From the NCBI GenBank assembly GCA_963803435.1, contig CAWDML010000001.1, positions 576,001 to 640,000 on the forward strand: a DNA stretch of 64,000 nt. Reading direction: 5' to 3'. Numbering within the stretch: the stretch's first letter is position 1; every line of letters starts with the position of its first letter. Below the pieces are notes generated by a model. That model was not told where the DNA came from. It was given only the letters and a program-made list of their open reading frames with translations, and made no database searches. Origin of the DNA: an uncultured delta proteobacterium. Its GTDB lineage: Bacteria; Myxococcota; Kuafuiibacteriia; Kuafuiibacteriales; Kuafuiibacteriaceae. Of the stretch, positions 1 to 9,166 are shown piece by piece. Position numbers and translations under genes: made by a program.

Positions 1-897
1 GGGGAGGAGCTCGGTGACCGCGCGCGGCGAGAGGTGGCTGCCGGAGAGGCAGCGCTCGGCCGGGTACATCAGCGCCGACTTGACCGCGTACGATCCGATC
101 GCGCCCAGCCTCGCAGGTTCGATCCGTCCCCACAGGCCCCGCGCGTGCTGCGCGATCGAGAGGCGCGAGAGGAGCGCCTCCGCGCGCGGCTGAACGTAGC
201 CCATGTACACGTCACCTCCGAGACCGTCGATCACCACCCCGCCGTCCACCCCTGCGCCGTCCAGCGCCCGCAGGTAGCCGGCGAGCGCGACGTCCGCACA
301 GATCACCGGCGCCGAGCCGCACAGCTCGAGGAGGAGCTCCCGCTCGCGCACCGGGTCGGCCTCGACCACCTGGTGCTCGAGCCCGAATCGCCGCGCCAGC
401 TCGGCCGCGTGCGGCGCCTCGTCCTCCCGGTAGCGCGGGCGATAGGTCACCGCGCGCACCCCCCGCTGGCCCGCCGCCGCCAGCCCGATCAGGAGCGCCG
501 CCGAGTCCTTGCCCGCGCTCTGCATCAGGAGCGCCGGGCGCCCGCCGATCGCGCGCTCGACGGCGGCGGCGAGGTGCTGCTCCAGCCGCGCCGGATCGGT
601 GTGCTCGCGCCCGGTGCTCTTGGCCTCGAGATAGGGAAAGTCGACCGAGATCTCGACCCCGCGCTCCGCCGCCTCCAGGCGGTCGCCGATCCCGAGCACG
701 TAGACGTCCTGGTAGAGCGTGAAGGGCGGCGGCACCAGACCATAGGCGAGCAGGAACTGGCACCCCGCAGGCGAGACCAGGAGCGGGCTCGGCACGGACG
801 CCATCAGCGCGCCCCAGCCGTCGAACGATCGAACCCCGCCCGCACCGAGATGCACCAGCTTCCGCGTCGCGCCGGTGTCGTCTCCGGTCAGCCTCAC
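1..897 (-). CDS. Asparagine synthase-related (PP-loop ATP pyrophosphatase) protein, 3'-truncated by the window edge
   Basis: Translated manually (absent from ORF track because it runs off the edge). GTG at 897 overlaps the upstream stop (GTGA). MRLTGDDTG...LLMQSAGKDSAALL (PP-loop SxGxDS)...EDEAPHAAELARRFGLEH...VIDGLGGDVYMGY matches the Asn synthase C-terminal domain pattern. Confidence 0.7.
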   Translation of the reverse strand, partial: MRLTGDDTGATRKLVHLGAGGVRSFDGWGALMASVPSPLLVSPAGCQFLLAYGLVPPPFTLYQDVYVLGIGDRLEAAERGVEISVDFPYLEAKSTGREHTDPARLEQHLAAAVERAIGGRPALLMQSAGKDSAALLIGLAAAGQRGVRAVTYRPRYREDEAPHAAELARRFGLEHQVVEADPVRERELLLELCGSAPVICADVALAGYLRALDGAGVDGGVVIDGLGGDVYMGYVQPRAEALLSRLSIAQHARGLWGRIEPARLGAIGSYAVKSALMYPAERCLSGSHLSPRAVTELLP

Positions 898-2384
898 TCG
901 ACCTCCCACGCCGAGAGAAACGCACCCAGCCCGAGCCATCGATCCTCGTCGGCGTGGCGCTCGAGCGCGCTGAACCATCGGCGCGGTCGCTCGCGGAACG
1001 CGTGGTCGTCGGGATAGCGCGGCAGCCGCGGCCTGGGCACCGGCGCCATCGGGATCCCGCCGCCGACCGCCCGCATGATGCGGCCCTCGTGGACGAAGTG
1101 CGGGCGCGGCAACGAGAACAGCAGCTCGACGACGCCCGGATCCAGGAACGGCGCCACCACCTCCCGCGCCGACGCGATCGCGCGATGCCGCGCGGCCAGC
1201 CCCGGATCCAGGGTCTCCGCGAAGCGGCGATCGACGTACGCATCGCCCGTCACCGGATCCACCACGGGCTCGCCGGACTCGAGATCGATCCGCGACGCCA
1301 GCGCCGGCGGAAGGTGGCGCTTCCAGCGCGCGCCGGCCCGGCGCGCACCCTCGATCAGCGACGGCGCCAGCCGCGAGCGGACCAGGCGTCGATCGATGGG
1401 GACGCCCGCGCGCAGCACGCCGACCAGCGCCGAGGGCCCCGGCGAGCTCCCGAACATGGCCGAGAGCGACTCGACGTACGCGCCCAGCGCCGTCTCGGTG
1501 GCGCCCATCACCTGACGCATCCCGAGATCGGTCACCAGCGGTCGATCAGATCCGATCAGCGCGGCCACCTCCGCCGCGTCCGAGAGCGCGACCGGCCAGG
1601 CGATGCGACGGTAGGCTTCCCGGAGCGCCGGCTCGCCATAGTCGCGAAGGTGATCGATCGGGTGGAGCGACGGCGACGCGCGCTCGACGAGCACCCGCGC
1701 CAGCGCCTCGCCGGAGAGCTCCGCGCCTTCGGGTGCCCGCGCGAGGGCCGCCCCGACGGCGGCCTCCACCTCGGCCTGGGCCTCGACCTCCGGGAGGAGC
1801 CGCGGCGTCCCGAAGGGCGTGAACGTCCAGAAGCGATCGATCCGGTGACCGCCCCGCGACAGCGTCAGCGCCGCGCCCGGATCGAGCGCCGTGATCCCTT
1901 CGAACGGCGTGGTGGGCCTCGGCGTCCAGACGCCGTGCTCGAGCCAGGTGCGGACCGCCCGCGCGTTCAACCGGCGCGCGCCCGGCCCGGCCAGCGCCGA
2001 GAGCTCGGTGGAGAAGACCAGCGAATCGTCGCCCTGCTGGAAGAAGATCGCGGGCTCCCGGCCGAAGGTGGCCGATCGCAGAAGGACCAGCTCGTCGCCT
2101 GCGATCGCAGCGGCGAACGGACCGAAGAGGCGCAGGAACCCGCCCCAGCCGAAGCGCTCGTTCACGGCGCGCACCAGCTCGGCGTCGGAGGCGGCGTGCG
2201 TGCCGAGCAGCGCCTCGAGCTCGCCGCCGCGGGAGGGCCGCCCCAGCACGCGCACCTCGAGGGCTTCTCGCCCGCTCGCCGCGGCCAGGCCGAAGCGCGC
2301 GGTGCCGGCGATGGCACCGGGCGCTCCCCATCGAACCTGGAGCCGTCGCGCGGACGGAATCGGGACCAGAGCGTCGTCGCTCAA
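894..2384 (-). CDS. Degenerate asparagine synthase (glutamine-hydrolysing)-like protein
   Basis: C-terminal half of ORF 894..3707; TTG start overlaps the wecB stop. Motifs SDAELV, LFGPFAAAI, FGREP, LVFSTELSAL, TPFEGITALDPG, EVVAPFLDPGVVELLFSLP match AsnB-like GATase and synthase domains. No N-terminal Cys and no SGGxDS loop. Confidence 0.65.
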   Translation of the reverse strand: MSDDALVPIPSARRLQVRWGAPGAIAGTARFGLAAASGREALEVRVLGRPSRGGELEALLGTHAASDAELVRAVNERFGWGGFLRLFGPFAAAIAGDELVLLRSATFGREPAIFFQQGDDSLVFSTELSALAGPGARRLNARAVRTWLEHGVWTPRPTTPFEGITALDPGAALTLSRGGHRIDRFWTFTPFGTPRLLPEVEAQAEVEAAVGAALARAPEGAELSGEALARVLVERASPSLHPIDHLRDYGEPALREAYRRIAWPVALSDAAEVAALIGSDRPLVTDLGMRQVMGATETALGAYVESLSAMFGSSPGPSALVGVLRAGVPIDRRLVRSRLAPSLIEGARRAGARWKRHLPPALASRIDLESGEPVVDPVTGDAYVDRRFAETLDPGLAARHRAIASAREVVAPFLDPGVVELLFSLPRPHFVHEGRIMRAVGGGIPMAPVPRPRLPRYPDDHAFRERPRRWFSALERHADEDRWLGLGAFLSAWEVE

Positions 2385-3466
2385 CCGAGGATCTCCACGA
2401 TCCGCTCGCCCGCGTGGCCGTCTCCGAAGGCGCCGCCGCCGCGAAAGAGCACGGCGTCGACCTCGGTCCGGCGCGCGCTCTCGACCGCGTCGACGATCGA
2501 CTCGGCGTCGGCGCCCACCACCCGGTTCGCCGACAGATCGACGGTGTCGACCCACTCCGTATCGTCGCGCAGCGTCACGCAGGGGACGCCCGCGTAGAAC
2601 GCCTCGCGCTGGAGGCCGCCCGAGTCTGTCAACACGGCCTGCGCCTGCAGGAGCACCGCGAGGCTCTCCACCGGGCGGAGCGGATCCACCACGTGCACGT
2701 TCGCGCCGATGCGGCTGATCAGATCGGGCCGCTCGGTCAGGCTCTCCTGGGTGGTCGGATGCAGCGGCAGGATCACGTGGAGGTCGAGACGCGAGAACGC
2801 GTCGACCAGCGCCGCCAGGCGGACCGCGTCGGAGGTGTTCTCGTGGTGGTGGACCGTCGCATAGGCGAAGGGGACGCCCGGCTCCAGGCCCGCCTCGGCC
2901 AGCAGCCGCGCGACGTCGACCTGCCGCGCGCGATCGAGGTTGTAGAGCAGCACGTCGAGGAGGACGTCGCCGACGTTGTGCACGCCCTGGACCAGGCCCT
3001 CCTCGGCCAGCGCTCGGACCGCGTGGACGGTCGGGCAGAAGTGGAGCGACGAGATGTGGTCCACCACGATGTGGTTCATCTCGTCCGGTGTATTGCGGCG
3101 ATAGCTCCGGACCCCGGCCTCCACATGGCCCACGCGGATCCCCAGCTTGGCCGCCACCAGCGCACCCGCCAGCGTCGCGTGGGAGCTCCCGTAGACCAGG
3201 ACCCAGTCCGGGCGGGCCTCGCGGATCAGCGGCGCCAGCCGCGCAAGGATCGAGGCGACCACCTCCGCGTGCGTGCCGCGGGACAGGCCGAGATCGTGAT
3301 CCGGCTCGGCGATGCCGAGATCCTCGAAGAATACTGGCGTGGTCCCGTAGTCGTACTTCTCGCCCGTATGGACCAAGAGCCGCTCGTGACCGGCGGCGAG
3401 CGCTCGCAAGACCGGCGCGCACTTCACGAACTCGGACCGCGCACCGACGACCGAGACCACCCGCAT
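2381..3466 (-). CDS. wecB: UDP-N-acetylglucosamine 2-epimerase (non-hydrolysing)
   Basis: MRVVSVVGARSEFVK, HTGEKYD, HVEAGVRS, PDEMNH, TDSGGLQREA, LRDDTEW, FGDGHAGERIV motifs; ATG at 3466. Confidence 0.9.
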   Translation of the reverse strand: MRVVSVVGARSEFVKCAPVLRALAAGHERLLVHTGEKYDYGTTPVFFEDLGIAEPDHDLGLSRGTHAEVVASILARLAPLIREARPDWVLVYGSSHATLAGALVAAKLGIRVGHVEAGVRSYRRNTPDEMNHIVVDHISSLHFCPTVHAVRALAEEGLVQGVHNVGDVLLDVLLYNLDRARQVDVARLLAEAGLEPGVPFAYATVHHHENTSDAVRLAALVDAFSRLDLHVILPLHPTTQESLTERPDLISRIGANVHVVDPLRPVESLAVLLQAQAVLTDSGGLQREAFYAGVPCVTLRDDTEWVDTVDLSANRVVGADAESIVDAVESARRTEVDAVLFRGGGAFGDGHAGERIVEILG

Positions 3467-3523
3467 GGGGCGAGTTAAGCACGAGCTTGACTCGCGCTCG
3501 ACCGGAATTGTCCAGTCGGGTCG

Positions 3524-4108
3524 GTGATGACGGGCGAGGGCGGCGGCTGGGGAACGCTGGTGGGGGTCCGGCTCTCGGTCCTCCTGCTGGCCGATCCGGA
3601 GCGCGCACCCGCCGGCGAAGCGGTCGCGCGCGCCATCGGCAGAATGCACGACACCACGCTCCTCGCCGAAAAACGCGGGGCCATCGCCTCTCACCTCGAG
3701 GCCGCACGTGCCGCGCGGGCGCGTTCGCCCCAGGTGATCCACAGCGTCGGCGCCCGGGGGCACGCCGCCGCGGCCGGCCCGATCGCCCGGGGTACCGGCG
3801 CCAAGCTGGTGGTCTCCTTCAGCCCCGAGGATCTGGACCGCAGCCGCCCCAGGAAGCTCGCGCGCCTGGCCAACGGCGCGGACGCGGTGCTCCTCGACGA
3901 CGAGGCCTCGGTGGCACCGCTGCGCCGCGCCGGCCTGAAGCACAGCGTGTACATCCTCCCCTGCCCCGCGTCGTCCCGCGACGACGCGCCCTTTCTCGGC
4001 GGGATCGAGATCGTGTATGGACGCATCCTCGCAGGCGAGGTCGAGCCCGATCAGGACGAGGATCGGATCGTCCAGATCGGCGGCGTGAGGAGCTCGCCGG
4101 AGCGCTGA
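3524..4108 (+). CDS. Hypothetical protein, resembles a stand-alone GT-B/GT4 N-terminal domain
   Basis: 194-aa ORF (start may be further downstream). SPQVIHSVG...AKLVVSF...GADAVLL resembles the GT4 N-domain PDvIH/pvV/aD.vi pattern. Stop overlaps the next ATG (TGATG). Confidence 0.5.
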   Translation: MMTGEGGGWGTLVGVRLSVLLLADPERAPAGEAVARAIGRMHDTTLLAEKRGAIASHLEAARAARARSPQVIHSVGARGHAAAAGPIARGTGAKLVVSFSPEDLDRSRPRKLARLANGADAVLLDDEASVAPLRRAGLKHSVYILPCPASSRDDAPFLGGIEIVYGRILAGEVEPDQDEDRIVQIGGVRSSPER

Positions 4109-5172
4109 TGGACCTGACTCCCGACCTGGGAACGCTGCGCTACCCGATCACGTTCATCCTGGCGATCGGGCTGTCGCTCTACTTCACCCCGATCATCCGG
4201 CGGGGCGCGATCAAGTACGGCGTGGTCGACGTGCCCGACGGCCGCCTCAAGCACCACCCCGAGCCGGTCGCCTATCTCGGCGGCATCTCGATCTACATCT
4301 CCTTCCTGTTCGCCCTCGCCTTCACGCACGACTTCACCGGCGAGGTGGTGGCGCTCCTCCTGGGCACCTCGATCATCGTGATGCTCGGGCTCTTCGACGA
4401 CCTCAAGGTGCTCACGCCGCCGGTGAAGCTGGCGGGTCAAATCGGCGCAGCGCTGGTCATGGTGAAGGCCGGGATCATGATCCACCTGTGGTTCATGACC
4501 GACTGGGTCGCGCTGGCCTTCACCGTCCTGTGGCTGGTTGGAATCACCAACGCCATCAACCTGATCGACGTGTCGGATGGCCTCGCCGCAGGGGTGGCGT
4601 CGATCGCGGGCATCTTCCTCTACATCATCTCGATCTGGAACGGCGACACGACGTCCGCCGTCCTCACGCTGTCGCTGGTCGGCGCGACGCTCGGCTTCCT
4701 CGCGTACAACCGTCCGCCCGCGAAGATCTACCTGGGGGACGCCGGCTCGATGCTCCTCGGATTCCTGCTCGGCGCGATCGCCATGAAAGGCCGCTACACC
4801 CACGTGCACGTCCTGGGCGCGGTGGCACCGCTGGTGATCCTCGGTGTTCCGATCTTCGACACGCTCTTCGTCATGGGTGCGCGGCTGGCGCGCGGCCTTC
4901 CCCTGATGGTCGGCAGCCCGGATCACTTCGCGGTCCGCATGCGGCAACACGGTGTGCGACCAGGTGTCATTGCGCTGATCGCCTACATCGCCGGCGCGGC
5001 CCTGGGAGGTGCCGCCCTTGCCATCGTTCGCTTCGATTTAGAGGTGGCGGTGGTCCTCGTCGTTCTGCTGGCCCTCGCTACCGGGGGCGTGGTACTCCGT
5101 CTTTGGCGCATGGGTCGGAACCCCACCGAACGCACCCAGCCGGGGAAGGAGGCCGCCGGCACGGCAGAATAG
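4108..5172 (+). CDS. WecA/MraY-family undecaprenyl-phosphate alpha-N-acetylglucosaminyl 1-phosphate transferase
   Basis: Multi-TM; VDVPDGRLKHH, YLGG, GLFDD, NAINLIDVSDGLAAG, YNRPPAKIYLGDAGS, PIFDT, PDHF motifs. Confidence 0.9.
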   Translation: MDLTPDLGTLRYPITFILAIGLSLYFTPIIRRGAIKYGVVDVPDGRLKHHPEPVAYLGGISIYISFLFALAFTHDFTGEVVALLLGTSIIVMLGLFDDLKVLTPPVKLAGQIGAALVMVKAGIMIHLWFMTDWVALAFTVLWLVGITNAINLIDVSDGLAAGVASIAGIFLYIISIWNGDTTSAVLTLSLVGATLGFLAYNRPPAKIYLGDAGSMLLGFLLGAIAMKGRYTHVHVLGAVAPLVILGVPIFDTLFVMGARLARGLPLMVGSPDHFAVRMRQHGVRPGVIALIAYIAGAALGGAALAIVRFDLEVAVVLVVLLALATGGVVLRLWRMGRNPTERTQPGKEAAGTAE

Positions 5173-5192
5173 AACTTGGCGAGTACGGTCGC

Positions 5193-8150
5193 GTGGCGAA
5201 CAAAAACAAAATCATCAGTCAGGCCCAGAAGTACATCACGAAGGGCCAATGGGATAAGGCGGTCAAGGAGCTGCAGAAGCTCGTCGCCGAGGATCCCAAC
5301 GATGTTCGCACGTTACTCAAGCTCGGTGACGTCTACTCGAAGAAGGGCGACCGCGAGAACGCGACCAAGGTCTACAAGCAGGTCGCCGAGTCCTACAGCG
5401 ATCAAGGCTTCTTCCTCAAGGCGGTCGCCGTCTACAAGCAGATCCTGAAGCACGATCCCAAGCACCTGCAGGTCACGCTCAAGCTCGCGGAGCTGTACGA
5501 GCACCTCGGGTTGACCTCCGAGGCGATGGCCCAATACCACCGAGCCTCGCAGATCCAGGAGGAGCTCGGTCGCTCCAAAGAGACGCTCGAGGTCCTCAAG
5601 CGGATGGTCGAGCTGGATGCGGAGAACGTCGCCTCCCGCATCAAGCTGGCCGAGAGCTTCTCCCGCGAAAACATGCTCCCTGAGGCGATCGGCGAGTTCG
5701 AGCGGGCCGCCGACATCCTGCGAAAACAGAACCGGGTCGACGACTACATCAAGGTCGCGGAACGCCTCGTTTACCACGATCAAAGCCGCCTCGACGTCAT
5801 CAAGGAGCTCGCCCGGCTCTACCTCGATCGCGGCGATGCCAAGCGCGGCCTGGCCAAGCTCCAGATCTGCTTCAAGGCGCAGCCGCGCGACATCGACGTC
5901 CTCAAGATGCTGTCGCAAGCGTTCACCTCGCTCGGGCAGCATCAGAAGACGATCTTCGTGTTCAAGGAGCTCGCCCGCGTCTATCAGGAGGAGGGCCGCG
6001 CCGCCGACGCCGCCGAGGTTCTGCAACAGATCTTGCAGCTCGATCCGAACGATCCGGACGCCCGCGGATTGCTGGGCGGCGAGCCCCCGCGCACCTCGTC
6101 GCCCGGTCCGGTGTCGCCGCCGTTCCTGGCGCCGGTGATGAGCCCGACGCCCCCACCGCCGGCGCCCCCACCGTCGTTGTCGCCGCGCCCGGGCTCGATC
6201 GCGCCGCTCCCGCAGGCCAACGAGTGGAGCGTCCCGTCGCAGCCAGGCTATCCGTTCGGCGCGTCGCCCGCCCCCACGCTGGCGCCCTCTCTCGAGCCGC
6301 GCCCCGGCTCGCGCACGCGGCAGCCGAGCCTCGCCCCGCGACCGCCGCCACCGCCGCCGCCCGGCGACGACGACACCCGCGGCGGCTCGTCCAAGCCGGG
6401 GCGAAAGCCGCCGCCGCGCGACGCCTCCCGCGAGGGCGGACAGATCGCGAAGATCCTCACGGAGACCGACGTCTACATCAAGTACGGGCTCCGCGAGAAG
6501 GCGCTGAGCCACCTGCGCCGGGTGTTCGAGCTGGACTCCGACAACGTCGACGCCTACGGCAAGATGCGCGAGATCTACCGGAGCATGGGCGACCACGCCC
6601 GCGCCGCCGAGGCGATCGCCAACATCATGCACGTCCACAACCGGCGCGGCGAGACGAAGCTCCTCGAGGCCGCCCGCGCCGAGCTCGCCAAGCTGGTCCC
6701 CGGCCACCCCCTCGTGAACGCCGGCATCCCCGGATCGCTGCCGGGGCCGCTCTCGCACAGCGAGGTCTCCGACGAGATCTCGGTGGACATCGACGAGGAT
6801 CACGCCGACGTCTTCGAGCTGGTCGACGAGTTTCCGGGCCGGCCGGTGGACGAGGAGCTCCTCGATGATGAGCCCCTCGACGTGGACGGCAGCAGCGTCA
6901 GCCTGGCCATCCGCAGCTCCGACCTCCTGGAGATGGCCCACGCCGACGAAGGCCGGCTGATCGAGGATTTGGAGACGCCGACGCTCCTCCCCGACGAGGA
7001 TCTGCCGGAGGCCAACTCCGGTTTGATCATGCTCTCGGACGTCGAGACCGGCGCCGAGATCGACGAGGGCCGGCCCAGCTTCGCCCTCGACGAAGATGAG
7101 GACGACGACGAGCCCGTCGCGGCGCCGGTCCACGACGAGGTCGATCCTTTCGCCGGCAACGAGCGCTCCGAGATCACCGCGCGGAACAGCCTCGATGACG
7201 CTCGCCGCGAGGTCACGGATCGCTCGGACATCAAGGATCTCCTCCCGCCCGCGCCCGCGGCGATCCGGCGCGACGTCACGCTCCGCCGGGAGATCGAGGA
7301 GCCGGTGTTCTCGGACGACGACACCGACACCAACAGCTCCGAGCCCCTCGCCGAGGGATCCAAGGGCCTCAGCCTCGATCTCATCGGAGACTTCGGCGAG
7401 ATCATGCACACGATCGAGGAGCCGGCGATCGAGGACGACGCCACCGCCGACGAGCTCGACGAGGCCGAGTTCCTGATCGAGGCCGGCCTGGCCCAGGAGG
7501 CCCGCGAAGCGGTTCAATCGATCCTCTCCCGCATCCCCATGCACGAGCGGGCCCTCGAGATGCTCTCGCGCGTCGAGGCCCTCGAGCGCGAGGTCAACGC
7601 CGACACGGATCACGAGGACGATGAGGATGAGCTGACGGACTCCTCGGAGCAGCTCCCGCTCGATCACCTCCCGCTCCCCGAGGACGACGGCACCAGCGCC
7701 GGCGATCGCTACGACCAGGGCATGCTGTTCAAGGAGATCGGCCGCGTCGACGACGCTATCCGCGAGTTCCGAGGGGCCGCCCGCCAGCCCGAGCGCGAGC
7801 TTCAGTCCCTCGAGATGATCGGACACTGCTTGCTGGAGAAGGGCACGCCCAAGGACGCGGTGGCCTACTTCGCCCGCGCCCTCGATCGCGGCGCCGATGG
7901 GATCTCGGCGATCAATCTCAAGTACGAGATCGGGAACGGCTATGAGGCCGCCGGCGAGCTCGAGAGCGCCCTCCAGTGGTTCACGGCCTGCCTCGACGAA
8001 GATCCGGACCACCGCGACGTCCGGGATCGCGTGGAGCGCCTCAGCAGCCCGCACCCGCCGGGCGGCAACGGCGCGCAGAAGCAGAACGGCGTCCCGGCCG
8101 AGTCGCCGAAGGTTAGCAGCTCGAAGAAGAGCAAGATCTCGTACATCTGA
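5193..8150 (+). CDS. Large TPR protein with Pro-rich and acidic linkers, SgmX-like
   Basis: GTG start, ANKNKIISQAQKYITKGQWDKAVKELQK. N-terminal TPR array, Pro-rich linker, central TPRs (ETDVYIKYGL), long acidic region, C-terminal TPRs, ends KKSKISYI. Architecture recalls myxobacterial SgmX (from memory, not aligned). Confidence 0.8.
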   Translation: MANKNKIISQAQKYITKGQWDKAVKELQKLVAEDPNDVRTLLKLGDVYSKKGDRENATKVYKQVAESYSDQGFFLKAVAVYKQILKHDPKHLQVTLKLAELYEHLGLTSEAMAQYHRASQIQEELGRSKETLEVLKRMVELDAENVASRIKLAESFSRENMLPEAIGEFERAADILRKQNRVDDYIKVAERLVYHDQSRLDVIKELARLYLDRGDAKRGLAKLQICFKAQPRDIDVLKMLSQAFTSLGQHQKTIFVFKELARVYQEEGRAADAAEVLQQILQLDPNDPDARGLLGGEPPRTSSPGPVSPPFLAPVMSPTPPPPAPPPSLSPRPGSIAPLPQANEWSVPSQPGYPFGASPAPTLAPSLEPRPGSRTRQPSLAPRPPPPPPPGDDDTRGGSSKPGRKPPPRDASREGGQIAKILTETDVYIKYGLREKALSHLRRVFELDSDNVDAYGKMREIYRSMGDHARAAEAIANIMHVHNRRGETKLLEAARAELAKLVPGHPLVNAGIPGSLPGPLSHSEVSDEISVDIDEDHADVFELVDEFPGRPVDEELLDDEPLDVDGSSVSLAIRSSDLLEMAHADEGRLIEDLETPTLLPDEDLPEANSGLIMLSDVETGAEIDEGRPSFALDEDEDDDEPVAAPVHDEVDPFAGNERSEITARNSLDDARREVTDRSDIKDLLPPAPAAIRRDVTLRREIEEPVFSDDDTDTNSSEPLAEGSKGLSLDLIGDFGEIMHTIEEPAIEDDATADELDEAEFLIEAGLAQEAREAVQSILSRIPMHERALEMLSRVEALEREVNADTDHEDDEDELTDSSEQLPLDHLPLPEDDGTSAGDRYDQGMLFKEIGRVDDAIREFRGAARQPERELQSLEMIGHCLLEKGTPKDAVAYFARALDRGADGISAINLKYEIGNGYEAAGELESALQWFTACLDEDPDHRDVRDRVERLSSPHPPGGNGAQKQNGVPAESPKVSSSKKSKISYI

Positions 8151-8161
8151 TCGCCGACGCC

Positions 8162-9154
8162 ATGGACTTCCTCGACTTCTACGAGCTGAACCAGGAGCCG
8201 TTCTCGAACGCGCCCGTGAGTCGCTTCTACTACGACTCCGCCCAGCACAGTCAGGCCATGGTCCGACTGATGTACGCGCTCAGCGGGATGAAGGGCCTCG
8301 CCTTGCTGATCGGCCAGATCGGCGCGGGCAAGACCACGCTCGCGCGGCGGGTGCTCGATTCGCTCGACGAGCGCGAGTACGAGGCGGCGCTCCTGGTGAT
8401 CATCCACCGCGACGTCACGAACGACTGGCTCCTGCGGCGGCTGGCGGTGCAGCTCGGGGTGGAGCAGCCCGCGCAGGAGAAGCTGCCGCTCTTGGCGCAG
8501 CTGTACCGGCGCCTGGTCGAGATCTACGAGTCGGGGAAGAAGGCGGTCGTCCTGATCGACGAGGCCCAGATGCTGGCGACGCAGGAGCTCATGGAGGAGT
8601 TCCGCGGCCTGCTCAACCTGGAGGTCCCCGAGCGCAAGCTCCTCTCCTTTGTCTTCTTCGGGCTGCCCGAGATCGAGGACAACCTCAAGAAGGATCCGCC
8701 GCTGCTCCAGCGCGTCGCGATCCGCGTGCGCCTGGAGCCGTTCGACCTCCAGTCGACCGACGCGTACATCCGTCATCGCCTCCGGCTGGCAGGGGCGCAG
8801 CGCCGCGTGATGGACAACGAGGCCATCCGTCTCATCTACAAGGCCTCCGGCGGCGTCCCGCGGCTGATCAACACGATCTGCGACAACGCGCTGCTCGAGG
8901 GCGCGCTGGCGCGGGCCCAGGTGATCGGTCCGGATCTGATCCGCAACATCGCGCGCAACCTGTCCCTGCCGACGGACGAGCCGGTGTCAACGTCGGACTA
9001 CGGGAAGGCCGACCCGGGGGCGAGCCATCTCCCCACGATCATTCCCGGTGCGCCTGCCTCCTCCCCGCCCGAGCCGCCCAGCGGACCCGCGGCCACCGAG
9101 CTCGCCCTCGACGAGATCGATCGGGTCTTGGCCGCCCTGGGGAAGCTCGGTTAA
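8162..9154 (+). CDS. ExeA/GspA-family AAA+ ATPase
   Basis: FLDFYELNQEPF N-terminus, Walker A GQIGAGKT, Walker B VLIDEAQ, GLPEI, SGGVPRLINTICDNAL. Confidence 0.9.
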   Translation: MDFLDFYELNQEPFSNAPVSRFYYDSAQHSQAMVRLMYALSGMKGLALLIGQIGAGKTTLARRVLDSLDEREYEAALLVIIHRDVTNDWLLRRLAVQLGVEQPAQEKLPLLAQLYRRLVEIYESGKKAVVLIDEAQMLATQELMEEFRGLLNLEVPERKLLSFVFFGLPEIEDNLKKDPPLLQRVAIRVRLEPFDLQSTDAYIRHRLRLAGAQRRVMDNEAIRLIYKASGGVPRLINTICDNALLEGALARAQVIGPDLIRNIARNLSLPTDEPVSTSDYGKADPGASHLPTIIPGAPASSPPEPPSGPAATELALDEIDRVLAALGKLG

Positions 9155-9166
9155 GGTCCCCGGCCT

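Noticed and set aside
1-2384. Lasso peptide cyclase cluster
   Set aside because: No precursor, B1/B2 peptidase or PqqD-like gene in view and the context is polysaccharide synthesis; cannot be fully excluded beyond the edge.
894-3707. 937-aa ORF as one protein
   Set aside because: The N-terminal half is an off-frame read of wecB; protein-like sequence starts only at 2384.
6100-6420. CCG/GCC-rich repeats (also ~46150-46170, ~58110-58135)
   Set aside because: They encode Pro or Ala runs inside proteins; not CRISPR or mobile repeats.
5313-8054. Long antisense and alternate-frame ORFs (also 12327..14330, 24776..26497, 43916..46423, 46185..48185, 55173..56921)
   Set aside because: Typical high-GC shadow ORFs opposite genes with clear family motifs.
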